Counted from the first letter of the whole stretch, positions 1 through 12,894 are shown. The stretch is 62,778 nt of DNA, filler included, from Sphacelaria rigidula (GCA_964200075.2; 9 parts of 9 records of this genome joined end to end with filler, not necessarily neighbours in it); one strand, 5' to 3'. Notes: generated from the sequence alone by a model not told the origin. A program made the numbers and translations.

Positions 1-479
1 GATACGTGTGGGTTCGCTGTGTTGCAATCAGAGAGAGGAGGGGGGGGGGGGGGGGGGGGGGGGGGCTATGCACGGCGTATCAAATCACGAATGTCAATCC
101 ATCGAATTCATAATGAGCTGGCCACTTGTCGCGCAACAGAATAAGGGACAAGGGACGAGCGACTAACAATAATTGAAAACATGAAATACAGCCCCTCCTT
201 TCCCCCCCCCGTCACACGCACTTCTATCCCCTCCCTCCCCTTCCCTAGGACGAGTCTGTGGTCTCAGGATATCAACCCATCTCTCCTCGGTACACCGCTA
301 ATCCCCCATGGGGTTGGCGACGGTTGGCAATGGCGCTGTAAAAAACGCCCTTCACTGCGTGAGATAGGCGCCCACGTTACCAATTTTCTTTTGCGCGCTT
401 GATTTGTTTTTTGCGGTGGCCATGACGGCCCAGCCAGATCATGTTGTGCGGGGTAGTAAAACCTCGATTCCGCGCAAAG

Positions 480-617
480 GGGATGATCATACTACGTAGT
501 GGTGACACGGTAACACGCCTATGAGGCAGTGTGTAGGCCGTGGCTGTCTTTGGAAGTGGTAACACAATACCACAAAATGTAGCAACTCATTGGAGGCTGT
601 CATCCATACGCAAGGTA
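480..617 (+). repeat. dispersed repeat (second copy about 22610-22745)
   Basis: shared TCATACTACGTAGTG...GCAGTGTGTA.GCCGTGG...GGAAGTGG...CATTGGAGGCTG.CATC in two unrelated contigs. Confidence 0.7.
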
Positions 618-1119
618 ATCAGTACACTTCGGGCCGAACAATCTTAGCAGGGTGCAGCTCACCCTTCATGCGACTCGCCGAACACATCACGGCGCTTCGC
701 GCTTGATGATTGATTGCGAGCCTGGTCTGGCGAAAACCCGGCGTGCTCCGTCCCGGCATTTTTTAGGAAAACGAGATCAATGGTCGTATGACTATGGCAT
801 GCAAGATCATGAGTACATCCCACGATACACGCCTTGAATCATAGTGTCGCCGATTGAATCAGGACTCCCCCCTAGCACCGCGTCAACTCTCATCACACAA
901 AATCACACGAACTCTTTTTGTCTACTCACGTCCTCATGCCTCCAACGGCACAAATCAGTTCACGGTTCGGACGAATTATCGCCGGTTTGAATCACCAAAT
1001 CTACTTGATTGCTTGGAAGATAGAAGAAAGTCGATCGCTAGTCAAAAACGTCTCCACGTATTTTTTGCGCCATTCAACGTGCCTGGGCTACGCGTACCTG
1101 GGTTGCAACGCTGAAATCG

Positions 1120-1207
1120 AAGCCCAAGGATGGATTCGTACGGTGCGAATCAACTACACTTAAATCAAGTTATTTCCATATGAATCATTGATTCGTCGGA
1201 CCCTTGA
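1120..1207. repeat. dispersed repeat terminus, inverted copy at 4548-4633
   Basis: reverse complement aligns with TCAAGGGTCGGAC...ATGATTC...ACTTGATTT...CGAATCAATCCCTAGGCT. Confidence 0.6.
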
Positions 1208-3145
1208 ATCAGTTATGTCGAAGGACAACACAAATCCAAATCAGACGAACCTGGTGGGGATCGAATCTGGTCAACCTGGCGGTGCCAGTTAAACCACTAG
1301 ACCGCCACATGACATTGAAAAACACAGCGTGACGCGGGGACAACGCAGAAAAAAATGAACAAAAACAAACAGAATGGCATAGAAGAGTACAAATGAAGTA
1401 CAAAAGTGTCGTGATAAGAGAACAAGCACGAAACTGGGGCTGGTTTTTAGTACTGTACGCTGAGATTTTGTGTTATAATGTACGAGCGGGTCATATCACC
1501 ATCTTCACCTTCATTCAAAAAAAATATACACACATATATAACGTGATGAAGAAATAAAAACACGACCAACACAATTCCATCCAAACCCTTTCACCAGACC
1601 CGTTGACCAAAACTACGCCACAAACCCATCTCAATCTACCCGGCCAAACAAATGAATTCCCCACCAAAAAACATTTCACAACTCGTTCCCCAAATCAATT
1701 GTCGTTACAATGGTTTCTTATTTTAGCTGTACTCACCTCGGAATCTATAGATCACACACACTCAACGAGTAAGTGGTGCTACGGTAGGAGCGCACGAACA
1801 TTCTCTGAGGTTAGAAAGATCACGAGCCGTCCTTCTATCCCACAAAAAAAAAACACACGAATCATGAAATATGTAAGAGTACGCCCGCCACGACCAGCAT
1901 TTCCAATAGGCTCGGGATATACCCATTGAATCTGAAAACGGGAATGTCCTGACCTATGTACTCTTTGTGTAGCTCCTGACTTTAGGAGCGCCCCTGTGAC
2001 ATATTTCAAGGCTAATGTGCAACCACTACCGTTGCGCGACTCAGGTCGGTTCAAGAAACAAGACGACATTCCGCGACAAACGGGTAGCGTTCACCTCTCC
2101 GTGACGATGCCGGATGTCCTCACCCTCGAGAACAATACGTCTTGCTGGGTGGCCAGGTAGTCGTCTTGTCGGATGCGCTCCATTTCGTTGAAGTAGAATT
2201 TTACCGACTCCACGATTTGGTACTCGTTACGCCGCTCCCAAATCTGTTATTCATGTTATTGTTAGTGTTCATAGTATCGGTGTTGTTAATATTATTGCTC
2301 AAACTGCTACTGTGGTGTACTTGATGTCATCATTGTCCGTAATGATTGATATTGTTATTGATATTATATATTGATGCCATTAGTGATATTTTTTCATACC
2401 ATCATGATCATTATTATTACTACTATTATCACCATCACCAGAATCACCATTATGATCATCATTCGGGTGTGTAAGTTGTTCGTAAGGATCACCTGATGAA
2501 AATTAACGTATTTCCTCTGTCTCACAACAATTAAACTCGACGTTATGAGGTGCAGATAGTATCTTCAACCCGACGGAGATGCTAACAATGCTGTAACCAA
2601 GCTTTTGCTCAAAATATTGTCACGGGGATGCCCATTCAGAAAAAAACAAGAAACGAGCCATAATTACTGATCATGTCAACGACGAGATTGTCCATATTGT
2701 GAGAAAAATTTGATCATGTTCTGACTTTTCCCCCCAAAAAATTACCCCCGCTTCAATTTCAGAATTTCAACGTTAATCGCCCATTACCTGCCACAACCAA
2801 CGTGACTCTACTGTGCGCACACACCCCCACGTCGTAAACGGGACGCCGAAGAATCATTAGGCCGCCGAAACGCCGCGTCGGTGGAGACAACGCAGACTAT
2901 TCCGCCTGCCAAGTCGAGGGTGCCAAAGGTCAACCTAGGTTTGCTCTGCGGAGAACCCGACAAAACTATCGGAAAACCGCAAAAGCTCGGCCAGATAGAC
3001 GGCACCGGAGAGCTCGACCTCTCACACAAACGTTGGAATGAACGGCCGTCGCTTCTTACTCCAACGAAGGGGCCGCGGCGCTCCGGATGATAAACTAGCA
3101 GGATCGGCAACACACGTTACGTTTGCCCCCTCCCCCCGCTCTCCC

Positions 3146-3275
3146 AGCGTCCAAATGTTGGGGATGTCTCTACTAGGAGTAGGAACGGTGTTCCGTCTCG
3201 AAAGGGATGCGTGGTCAATGGTCAAACCACTGAGGCAAGCAACACATGAGTCTGCCCCCACCCCCCCCCCCCCTT
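3146..3275 (+). mobile_element. 3' end of non-LTR (LINE-like) retroelement ending in poly(C)
   Basis: CCAAATGTTGGGGATGTCTC...GGAACGGTGTTCCGTCTCGAAAGGGATGCGTGGTCAATGGTC...AGGCAAGCAAC.CATGAGT then C-run; related copies at 20797-20864(-), 22251-22312(-), 33229-33400(+), 41923-42052(-), 55708-55780(-). Confidence 0.65.
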
Positions 3276-5124
3276 CCGAATAGAGTCGAAACACCGCCAG
3301 TTTGGGACCGACTGATTTTTTTCCGGTTGTTCGTCCACGCAGGATAATGTGTGAACGAAAAAATGGAAAAGAGAAGGTTTCAGCCCCGAAACGCCAAAGA
3401 TTTCAGTAAGATTGGCGCCTCAGGCATCGGACACGGTGAAGGACCCGTGTAAGCATTGGGGGCTTCGCTCACGGCACAGAGGATATAGACGGAAATGAAA
3501 AGAAATGAAAATGACGATGACTCATATCAGAGACAACGGCTATGACGAAAATGAAGAAACAAAAACAACGATAAATTTGACAAGTGGCGATGGTGCTTAA
3601 AAGCGAGCGGAAGAGGAAGAACAACAACCACGACACTAATCACAATAATAATGATGGTGACGTGTTTATGACGATAGTAATGACGATGATTATGATTACC
3701 AAAAACACGATAACAGTGAACATACTGATAATACTGATAACACTAATAACACTAACCACACGGAAACAACGATGGTCTCAGTCATCATTATCAATGGTGA
3801 AATACCGAAGATCATACCAGATCAGCATGGGCTCCAAAATATCACTCGAATATGCATCCCTACCTCGTACTCGTACTTACCCCTCGGTGAAATAAAAACA
3901 ATCCTCTCTTTTTGTTGTATACCCTCCATTCTCCCCCCCTGCTCGGCAACACTTCGTAGTCAATGGGATCGATGGATCCTTCGCTCATCCGGAAACTTAG
4001 CATTGCAATTATCATCGACTAATCCATCAGTATTTCCGCAGACAGCCATACGTCATCAAGTCTCATTATCCCTTGGCCATTCGCCAACTCAGACTCTCAG
4101 AAGGCCACATGAATAGAAGAGAAAAAAAAAAGAACCTGAAAAGCAAGGCAGGTGTTAAGTGTTGTGTCCCTGCGCAAAAGTGTGCGTCGCCAGCCCTCAA
4201 ATCGACGTCGCAGGCGCCGATTACGACAAAAACAGGTTCTGCGCGCGCAAGGACATAGCTCCCATTAACCCTTTTGGAACCGTTGATGCAAAAATGACGG
4301 TTTACAATTGACGTTTTCTTGGGCAAGATATGGTTATTGTTCTGCAAGTGTTGTTCATAAAGCCCAACAAAACAGTGCACCACTCTTGGTTCAAGTATAA
4401 TAATGTGACAGATGCGTGCACCGAACTGTTTTGACGTTTCCCCGGTGACGAAAGCTCGCATATGGGACTCGGTACGATTTTTCGCGAGTTCCAGAAGGGT
4501 CAAGGATCGGGATTTCGATGTCCACGTTGAAACCAAGTGAGACAACGTCAAGGGTCGGACAAATAATGATTCGTCTAAAAATTACTTGATTTTAGTATAA
4601 TTAGTCGACTCGTAACGAATCAATCCCTAGGCTTTNNNNNNNNNNTGCTCCCTTTTGGGCAATCAGGCCGAAGAAATTGTGAATTTGGTGATTTTGAGTC
4701 GTGATGATTTGTCCCAACCGTGGACAATTTCACTCCTGTGGCTAGAACCGACCACGACTTTGCATTCTACACAACCTCAATCTTAACCAGACAAAGAGTG
4801 GGAAATAATGGGAACACGGTGGCGACCAAACGCGAAGGTGGGGCGAGGGAGACACACGGTGGATGGACCACATACTTCCCAATGAACCTCTGTGAGCTCG
4901 GTGCAGCTGCAGTTTCCTCAGCAGTTGCTTCAGGGCTTGTAGATAGGCTAGCTACTTCCATGTCCCTACAAAGTGGTGAACTCTACGACTGCTCATGGAC
5001 CGCCGGTCTTTACAGCAACAAATTCGCACAATCTAGTGTTGAATGTATTCGGTGTTTATCACCTAGGTCCGAGAAGTAGGTTAACCCGAGTTGGGCTAGA
5101 TTCCATCTATGGCTGGCACATCTT

Positions 5125-5395
5125 ACATCTATCGCTAACCCTCGAACCCCGACCCCAACCCCAAGGCACAGCGGGAATCCTCCAGCACGAGAGATGCATA
5201 GGGTTTTGTCAAGCACAAACTGTGGGGTTGGTAGACCTCAACTCGGCGCCAATAGGCGCCGACTGTGACGAAAATACGTTCCGCGTACGCTAGGAGCACA
5301 CGGGACAGTCAAGCCCCACTAGAGATCCGATTCTCGCTGTTCACACTCAAATCAAGTAATCCAACCTTGTGGCCCAACTCCGGTTAACTTTACCG
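5125..5395 (+). repeat. dispersed repeat family (copies about 7222-7450 on -, 60720-60960 on +, partial 30700-30800 on -)
   Basis: shared CGCTAACCC...TCGGCGCC...GAAAA..CGTT..GCG.ACGC.AGGAGCAC.CGGGAC.GTCA...GATCCGATTCTCG. Confidence 0.75.
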
Positions 5396-6888
5396 CGGTG
5401 CGGCAATATACACCCCACGAGTATGCTACCGACGACTTCCGTTGTGTCGAAAGCGGGGTCATGCATGCTACGGGAGGGGTTGCACATTTGGGCTACATAA
5501 TCTTTCCCGTCCAGGTGCTTAAATTTAGGAGCTACACGGGAAAAAAAAGGGGTCAGGACATTCTCCGTTTCCAAGTCCAATTGGGATATATTCCGAGCGC
5601 ATTGGAATTCTAATCGTTGCGTGCTCTCACATACTTTACAAGTTGTTTTTTGTCGATGACATAGAGGACACCTCACCATTCGAACCCCCCCCAAAACAAA
5701 ATGTACACGCCCACCGGAGCACCACTCAGAGACTACCGTATTTTTGCACCAGTTTCCCCTATCCACTGCCAAGCCTCTTGGTCGGGGCAGTAGGCGCTCT
5801 CGATTTCGCCAAGGAAAACAAGGAACAATTCGGAGTGAATTACGATTTGAAAATATCGTGATCATTGGAGCGCGTTTGCTCCGGCTCAATCCGTGTCATA
5901 GTCCAGAGGGGGAGCTTGGTTACTGTATTGAACACGTGGTCATAGTCCAAAAAGGAATATCTTGGGAGATATAAGAACCGGCTGCGTTGGAATTCAACAG
6001 AAGGGGAACATGGATCCTAAGCGACTGAGGCGAGGTTCGCTTACGCTACTGCGTATGTATACATACGTTTACTTCTCCTCGACAAGCTTCTGTTGTGTGT
6101 ATGTAAGTATATATATATATATGTACATGTATCATTTCACATTTTTCACCACTTTTGCCGAGTTTCCTTCGGCGGCAAGGTATCTTTTCACGCGCTTTCT
6201 TTTGTAGCGCACTGAAAAGGCTCAGCGGTACATTACCGTTCAGGTTTGGGCGTCATCCGATACCTGTGGCATTTTTCGCGGGGTGTTGATCCCGAACCAC
6301 AAAAGCCTTTTCAAGATCACGGGAAACTTGAAAGCAGAATCCGAACCTCAAAAAAAGCCTGAAGATGATGGAAAACTTCAAGCAGGATTCCTTTTGGCGG
6401 GGTATTTTCCCCCCGTGTTCCTCTTCCCGTTCTCGCTCATTTGGGAGCACGAACACACCGGTTACGCCGCCAATGTCACAAGAACATGAGAGCAAAGCAG
6501 TTGAAGACAATTGAACATTGCCTTGGCCTTAGTCAGTAGCAAACACAAGACTGTGCAACGGGCCGTTAGCGAGTTGAACAAGGCACAGCAGTACGGCACC
6601 ACAGGAATGTTTTGTCGCAAAAACAATCACGATCCTGTTTTGAAAAAAGACCCGGTGATGTGGGAGCCACGGTGATGTAAAAGAACATGCCAAAAATGTT
6701 CCTAGCATTGCGATTTTTCGGGAAAGTGTCTCTCGCTGTCATGTCTTTGTGGCACGAGAGCTACTTCGTACTCTGGCAACTCGGAAATACCACACATGTC
6801 CAACGCCGGCGGTTCCGCCGTCGGCCTCCGTCCGAATTCCCATATTTTCGAACGACATCCGATAACACATGCGATGTTTTGTACAGCC

Positions 6889-6988
6889 NNNNNNNNNNNN
6901 NNNNNNNNNNNNNNNNNNNNNNNNNNNNNNNNTTAATTAATTAANNNNNNNNNNNNNNNNNNNNNNNNNNNNNNNNNNNNNNNNNNNN
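6889..6988. other. artificial contig spacer
   Basis: 44 N + TTAATTAATTAA (stops in all six frames) + 44 N. Confidence 0.98.
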
Positions 6989-6991
6989 TGA

Positions 6992-8140
6992 CGACCGTGA
7001 CTGGTCAGAATGATCATTCCGCGTCTCTTGGGCCTCGTGCACGGCTCATAATTTTCCGCGGGAAACTTCCAAACACACATGGTTGACTCCGTGAGCTTCT
7101 CCGGTGCTCTGCGTGCAGAAACTCCCCACCCCTCAAAAACCACCCCCCCCGAGCTCTGGAAACCCCCGGATTTCTCCGGACTGTCAGCCTGTGCAACTGT
7201 TCCAAGGCGACGCTCGTCGTCTAAGGGTTAACCGGCGTTGGGTTACAATCTACCCATGGTTGATATTACTTGGTGAGCAGCGAGCATTGGATCTTCAGTG
7301 GGCCTGACAGTCCCGTGTGCTCCTCGCGTGCGCATAACGCGTTTTCGTTCGTATCGGCGCCCGTGGCGCCGATTTGAGGTCTACCAATCCTGCATACCTC
7401 CCTTGCCCGACGGTTCTCGGTATACCTTGGATTCGGGTTAGGGTTAGCGATAATTGTAAAATGTGTCAACCACGGACACCTTGAAGCTCAACGCCGGTAA
7501 ACCCACCTCCATCGGCGGGGGGAAAGGGCCAGTGCTTCCCAGCACGGTGGCAGTCACGCGCAAGGTGCGTGTGCGTTGTCGCACGGTCGAAACGCGGACC
7601 GTCTCTCGCACGAGGAAAAGCAGCAGCAGTATCGGCACCGGCTGATTCAGCTCCACCCCCGACCGTACACATCTGCTAATAGTGGAGACGCTGCTGCTAC
7701 TGCTGCAACTGCTATTGCTTCTTCTCCTTCTTGTGCGGGAGGCGTTCCGTGTTTCGACCTGCGACAATGCTCATACACCCTTGCGCGTGATTGCCGCCCT
7801 GCTAGAAGTCGCTGGTCTGTTCGTGTGTTGTTGCCGTCACTGCCATATTACTTACTCCCCCCGCTAGATTGGAACGGCGCGTGATTTCTCGTGATCATAA
7901 AGTTGTGAATCATCAATTCACTTTCCTTGTGCCGTCTTAGACAACGAACGTCGCCTCGGAACAGTTTCACAGGGTGACATTGCACATTCGGGGGTTTCCA
8001 GGCGGCCGAGGGGGTTTCCGCAGAGCAGCTCGAAAGCTCATCAAGTCCACCATGTGTGTTCGGCAGTTTCCGCGGAAGATTTTAAGCCAGGGAGGAGGCC
8101 TGAGAGGCGCAGAACGACCATTCTGACCAATCACGGCTGT
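6992..8140. mobile_element. non-autonomous long-TIR DNA element (Mutator/foldback-like), about 200-bp degenerate TIRs
   Basis: left arm CCGTGACTGGTCAGAATG...TTCCGCGGGAAACTTCCAAACACACATGG...GCTCTGCG is the reverse complement of right arm CGCAGAGC...CCATGTGTGTTCGGCAGTTTCCGCGGAA...CATTCTGACCAATCACGG. Confidence 0.7.
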
Positions 8141-8509
8141 CGAAATGTCACTTTGTTTCCCTACAGGTAGGTGGACTGTAGGTGGACTACTTCGCTGTCT
8201 AGCCGAATTATGAATTTCTCATTTTGGTCATGGTCATTCAACCACAACATTACATGCGCACGAATAATGTGCTTTCTACTCTGCTAGTGGTGTATGCCGC
8301 CTGCCTGACCCCTCATGTGTTGCCAGCATAGCTTCAGTCTGTAGTGTTGTCGTGGAAGACAACACTAAGCGTGAGACATCAGCAGCGTGCAGTAGACTGT
8401 GTCCAGTGAAGAGCGATGACATGCTTCCTGCTTCTTGCCGTTGTACCCAGCGAATACAAACAGCGCACATGCTGACTCTGCACGCAATAGGCTACAGGTT
8501 CACTGATCA

Positions 8510-8992
8510 GGGGTTCTCCGGGACTATTTTCCAAAGTTGTGTTCTGTGGGGTATGGCATTTCTTACAGAACTTACAAGCATATCGGGTACCGGTATGAAA
8601 GTCTTGCAGAAATTACAGAACTTGTCGGGTACGGTACGGGAGGCTTGCAGAAGACCGTACCGGTAATCGGGTATTTATTCGAGGGGATACCCGCACTCCG
8701 AGCATAGGGATACATTATGTAAAAAACTCACAGAACTCTCGGGCAAGGGTATGGGAGGCGTACAAAACTCATCGAACCTTTCGGGCAGGGTATGAAGCCT
8801 GCACAGAAGATCGTACCCTCAACCGGGTATCTTATCAAGAGCATACCCGTGCCCCGGTAATGGTATGGGAGGCTTACAGAACTCACAGAGCTATCGGGTA
8901 AGGGTATAGAAGTCTTACAGACATGAAAAAACTGTCAGGTACTGCTATAAAAGTGTCGGGTACGGTGGATACCCGGGAAAGTACCCCGGGTT
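8510..8992. repeat. element built of degenerate about 30-35 bp tandem subrepeats
   Basis: recurrent ACAGAACTCACAGAACT.TCGGG(T/C)A.GGGTATG units without unique spacers. Confidence 0.7.
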
Positions 8993-9708
8993 TACACTTT
9001 CGACAGATCTGGCGGTTTTTTTTTCCTTCTTTCCTTTCTCTCCCCGTTGAACTTGGGGGAGCTAAGTCTCACCGGTTTTCGTGGCGTCTCTCTTCTTATT
9101 TTTTCTTTATTTTGGTAATGTGTCTGGTAGGGAATAGCAAGGACGGTAGTGGAAAGGCGAGCCTACGTCTGTCACCACGGGCTCGCGAGATCGGACAAAT
9201 GTGCGGAAATATTAATAATAATAAAAACAGAAAACCGTACCATACAGAACACAACCTTGCTATTTTTTATATGCAACAGTAGATGCCAAACATCCAGATG
9301 TTCATGAAAAATGCGTTGTGTGCAGCGAGAAAAGAGCTGTTCCGCACCCCAAATGTGGCATAGTCTAACTCAGTCCACTTGCGGGGAGAATGCTGTCTAC
9401 AGGTTAAAACACTGCCTAATTTTGAAAGGAATACCAGGTGAGGTAGCAAGTGTCACGCAATGAAAGCAAAGAGCGCACGGCACTGTTGAGAAGCAGGAAC
9501 ACAAGGAGCACACGCATCGATTGGGACGCAGACTATAAGGTGCAGTTATCACAAAATCCAACCTCCGAGTGCTCGGATGCTGAAATTTTAATCAGATATA
9601 AAAAAATCTTCATCCTCATAGCGGAGCGCGGGCGGGGGGTGCTACCGACAACAGTGCAATGTCTCCAAGACACCCCTGCCGTTTAGAGATCAAGCTTGGC
9701 TGGCTCAC

Positions 9709-10344
9709 CTCGAACGCGTGCTGGTTCGCCGCGCTTGCGAAAAGAAATAAGTATCCGTTGTAGGTAGAGTTGATCTCCCTGTACCCCTTCGTAGGTTTCG
9801 AGCCTTCCTCCAACCTCCAGTATTCTACCAGATCCGACCCAGCCAAGACCGGCCTTTGCATATCTCCCGTGCACTCCTCTGTCTTTGTAAGGGTGGGCTT
9901 GTTGCCATTGGTCGTCACGTTAATCGGGTTCACAAGCCAGAATTTTCCGTCGGATGAAAATATACCACCCCCCTCACCTTCATCCCTACTGTGAGCACTT
10001 TTATCAATTTGTCTCCGTAAGGATGTCAATGTTACGCCAAAGCCCGAGGCCAGCATAAACAACACGGCCAACGCAAGGGTCAGAGCACGCATAGCGCTCG
10101 GGGAAAGTTGGTCGTTTCCGCTAGTTTCGATGCCCTGATCCTCCACAGAGCCATAGGATCGTCGTCTCCGCTCTTTTCGGTGCTCCGTTTTATCCTTCAG
10201 ACTTTCAGTAACTTCACCGCCTAAACTTGATACTGTCAATGAGATATGGTGTTCTTGTTGACGGCAGCTCATGATTTCCAACCCATCCAGTGCAGCGATG
10301 GTCGTGTAGGCAGTGGAATGACCTGATGCAATCATCATTTTCAT
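9709..10344 (-). CDS. exon 1 of membrane-anchored YHS-domain (seleno)protein-family gene, paralog A (3' exons not identified)
   Basis: 212 codons from ATG: TM segment ALTLALAVLFMLASGFGVTL, then PVLAGSDLVEYW...KGYREINSTYNGYLFLFASAANQHAFE, ending at phase-0 donor GAG|GTGAGC. Confidence 0.8.
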
Positions 10345-11672
10345 GCGTACTTTCGCCTACGTAATGGAATCATTACATCAAGACCCGAAGTCGTACGGCT
10401 TGCTGCTACATGTTTAAAAGCATAGTGAGTGGTAGAAATACGTCGGCATATTGAGTGAGTGGCTGCACACGATGAGAAAACTGTCATCAGCGTTCAATCT
10501 GATTCGCTTGGCTTCGGAAACGCACAGGAGTGAGCCAAGCGAATCGGACAGACTAGAAATTAGCTTATCGCGTTCTTGAGAATTGTGATGCCGCCCTGAA
10601 TTTTATTGCGCGGTAAAATCTTCATTTATTTGACGGTGGATTCTACGGGGAATTGATCCAGCAGAGCACATACTATGGATTCAATCCCCGCTAAACCGCT
10701 GTAGATTTCTCCTCATTTTATTTTTGCTGTCCTTTCTTCTTGCTTCTTCTCCTTTACATTTTCTCTTTTTGAATTACGTTTTCTTATGTTTCCTCTAAAT
10801 AATTCGCTTTTACGCAAATAACAATTAAAATTACTCCAAGGTGGATGTTATTGTGTTCTGTAATAAAGGCCAATACTGGAAGGAGGAGTCGTTTCTTCTT
10901 TTTTCTAATTCTCCACCTTCCTTTTGCGGTGCTTGCCTACCTTTTTTTTTTTGTCGCAAGAGGAGTTTCAGTAGTCCCTTTCCCTCGTCGACCGCTAAGT
11001 CGAATTCTGTGGACCCACGAAGTTGGGTTATAGGTTCGACTCTCGAGTTTGAGATACCTCTATTATATTATAGTTGCCACGATAGCGACGCTCGCGATCA
11101 CTATACTTCGCGGACGAACTGTTCGTGTCGCGGTTGTTCCGCACTTGACTCCAGTACTCTTCTTGTATTTCTGGTACCAATAATCGATAAGCTGTATTCA
11201 CCCAAACGATCAGGCTATAAGAGCGCAGCAACTACGGCGCAGCGTCAGTGCGCTCTCGCTCTAGCATCACTGTCTTTTTGTGGTTGGCATACTGTACTCG
11301 AACCTAGTATCGGGCACAAGGGAGATACGCATGCGTCGAAATTTCCCGGAACATTCGAAAGCCGAATCGAACACATACAGAAAATTGGTGTGCCCATCTT
11401 GTGCCCATCACCAGGGCCATCACTCTATTTCAAGCCTCTGGGACATGACATATGCGTAGCCTCCATCAGAGGCTTTAGACTCTGAAAGAGTGATCTGCAA
11501 AAGCCGTGATCATATCAACCAACATTTCTTGCCTGGCGATATAACCACAACCACGAGACAGACAGTAAGGCTTTGTGGACTCTACAACGCGTCCAACATA
11601 CGCGCACACTGCTCGCACCCGCCACAATCTCCGTTCATCCCGCGGCTATAGAACAGGAGCTTCAGATCGATC

Positions 11673-12000
11673 ATGGAAGAGCAACGGCGTTTGCTCTATG
11701 GGAGTTGCGGTAGCGGGCACCGAAGCTACATCCAAGCTGATGAATCCATCGCCTGTACATCACGCGGCACCGAGGCTGCCATTACCCCGTCGGGCTGCGG
11801 CGGGGTAGAGTACTTCGCCCCCGAGGAAGAGCGGACTGTGCTGAAGAGCAGGGGTATTATGGTTGTGGTGCTGGCGGCATTGGGGGTGTTTGCCGTAGCT
11901 GCTGCGTCTTCTGCGCGATCGCCTCTCGTTGGAGGAGCCGCAGCCCGCATGAGCTACGCGGAGATAGTCGTGGCAAACGAGACCCCGGATGTCGCACCAG
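11673..12000 (+). CDS. exon 1 of membrane-anchored YHS-domain gene, paralog B
   Basis: ATG-initiated; TM segment GIMVVVLAALGVFAVAAAS; phase-1 donor CCAG|GTACGC compatible with the next exon. Confidence 0.75.
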
Positions 12001-12582
12001 GTACGCGCGGTAGATATTATCCTTCACAACCCGTCTCTGTCATCGCGGAGAGAGCGTATCCAACGCGCTCGCTTGTCAGTCCTGAGCGTGTCGGTTGGCC
12101 ACATCGCTGCTGAGCACGTAGATTCCTTTGGCGGCCTCGTTTTCCGTGTTGCATTGCGGGATAATGGAATTTTTGGTGCAGTGCTTTGCGCATGCTTTGT
12201 TTTGATGCCGTCAAGATGACCAGCTCGTTACTGTTACGCGGCTTGTGCGGAGATTTGGGCGGCCCAAGATTCCCGACGGTCACAGCGCACTTCGAGAGAT
12301 GATGCTGGCGCTTAAGACATTTGCCACTGATGTACTTGGATTGGTACCGAGCACTTACTGTTAAGATGTACTTTTGTATTGCACTGCATCCCCCGTACTG
12401 TACTGTATACAAGTGCCGTGTTTCCGTGACAAGAAGATCCGACCTGGTCTTCCGTTCGGCATAAATGTCTATCGACAGAGCATCCTTCTCGATAATCAAG
12501 ACAAAATTCTTTATTCATACCTGTGCAGTTCGTTTGAACTCTGTACGGTACTAAAGTGCACAGACGGTCAATTTTACCTCAG

Positions 12583-12767
12583 GGATTGTTACGACGGAAA
12601 TATGCGCCGGCGACAAGTCGAAGCCGGTATTGCAAGGAGTAGATCCTGTGGCTTACTTCGATCTTGCACCTGGATCACCCCCTGTGTGGGGGTCTCCGGA
12701 CCACACGAGCGAGTACATGGGCTACACGTTTTGGTTCAGCTCCGAGGAGAACAAGGAAACCTTTGAG
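12583..12767 (+). CDS. exon 2 of YHS-domain gene, paralog B (YHS domain)
   Basis: acceptor TTTTACCTCAG|GG; encodes TEICAGDKSKPVLQGVDPVAYFDLAPGSPPVWGSPDHTSEYMGYTFWFSSEENKETFE; donor GAG|GTGCGT; matches the GxDPVAYF...G..F.F.S.EN...F YHS-family pattern. Confidence 0.88.
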
Positions 12768-12894
12768 GTGCGTCGATGGAATGGTGTATTGTGTGTGTGT
12801 GCGTTGTCGTCCCATTCCCTCGTCGAATTTTGTGTACCCACGATATAGTCGCTCTCCACTACACTGTTGGGCATTGTGTGAGGAAAAATCCCAA

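Noticed and set aside
854-1212. Element with 9-bp TSD TTGAATCAG
   Set aside because: No matching TIRs, and the related copy at 4548 includes part of the supposed TSD
8560-8970. CRISPR-like periodic repeats
   Set aside because: Degenerate tandem units with no unique spacers, no cas genes, eukaryotic context
9370-9396. In-frame TGA in TAFSPQVD* as the selenocysteine codon of YHS paralog A
   Set aside because: Lacks the GG(F/Y) context, and the downstream reading shows no family similarity
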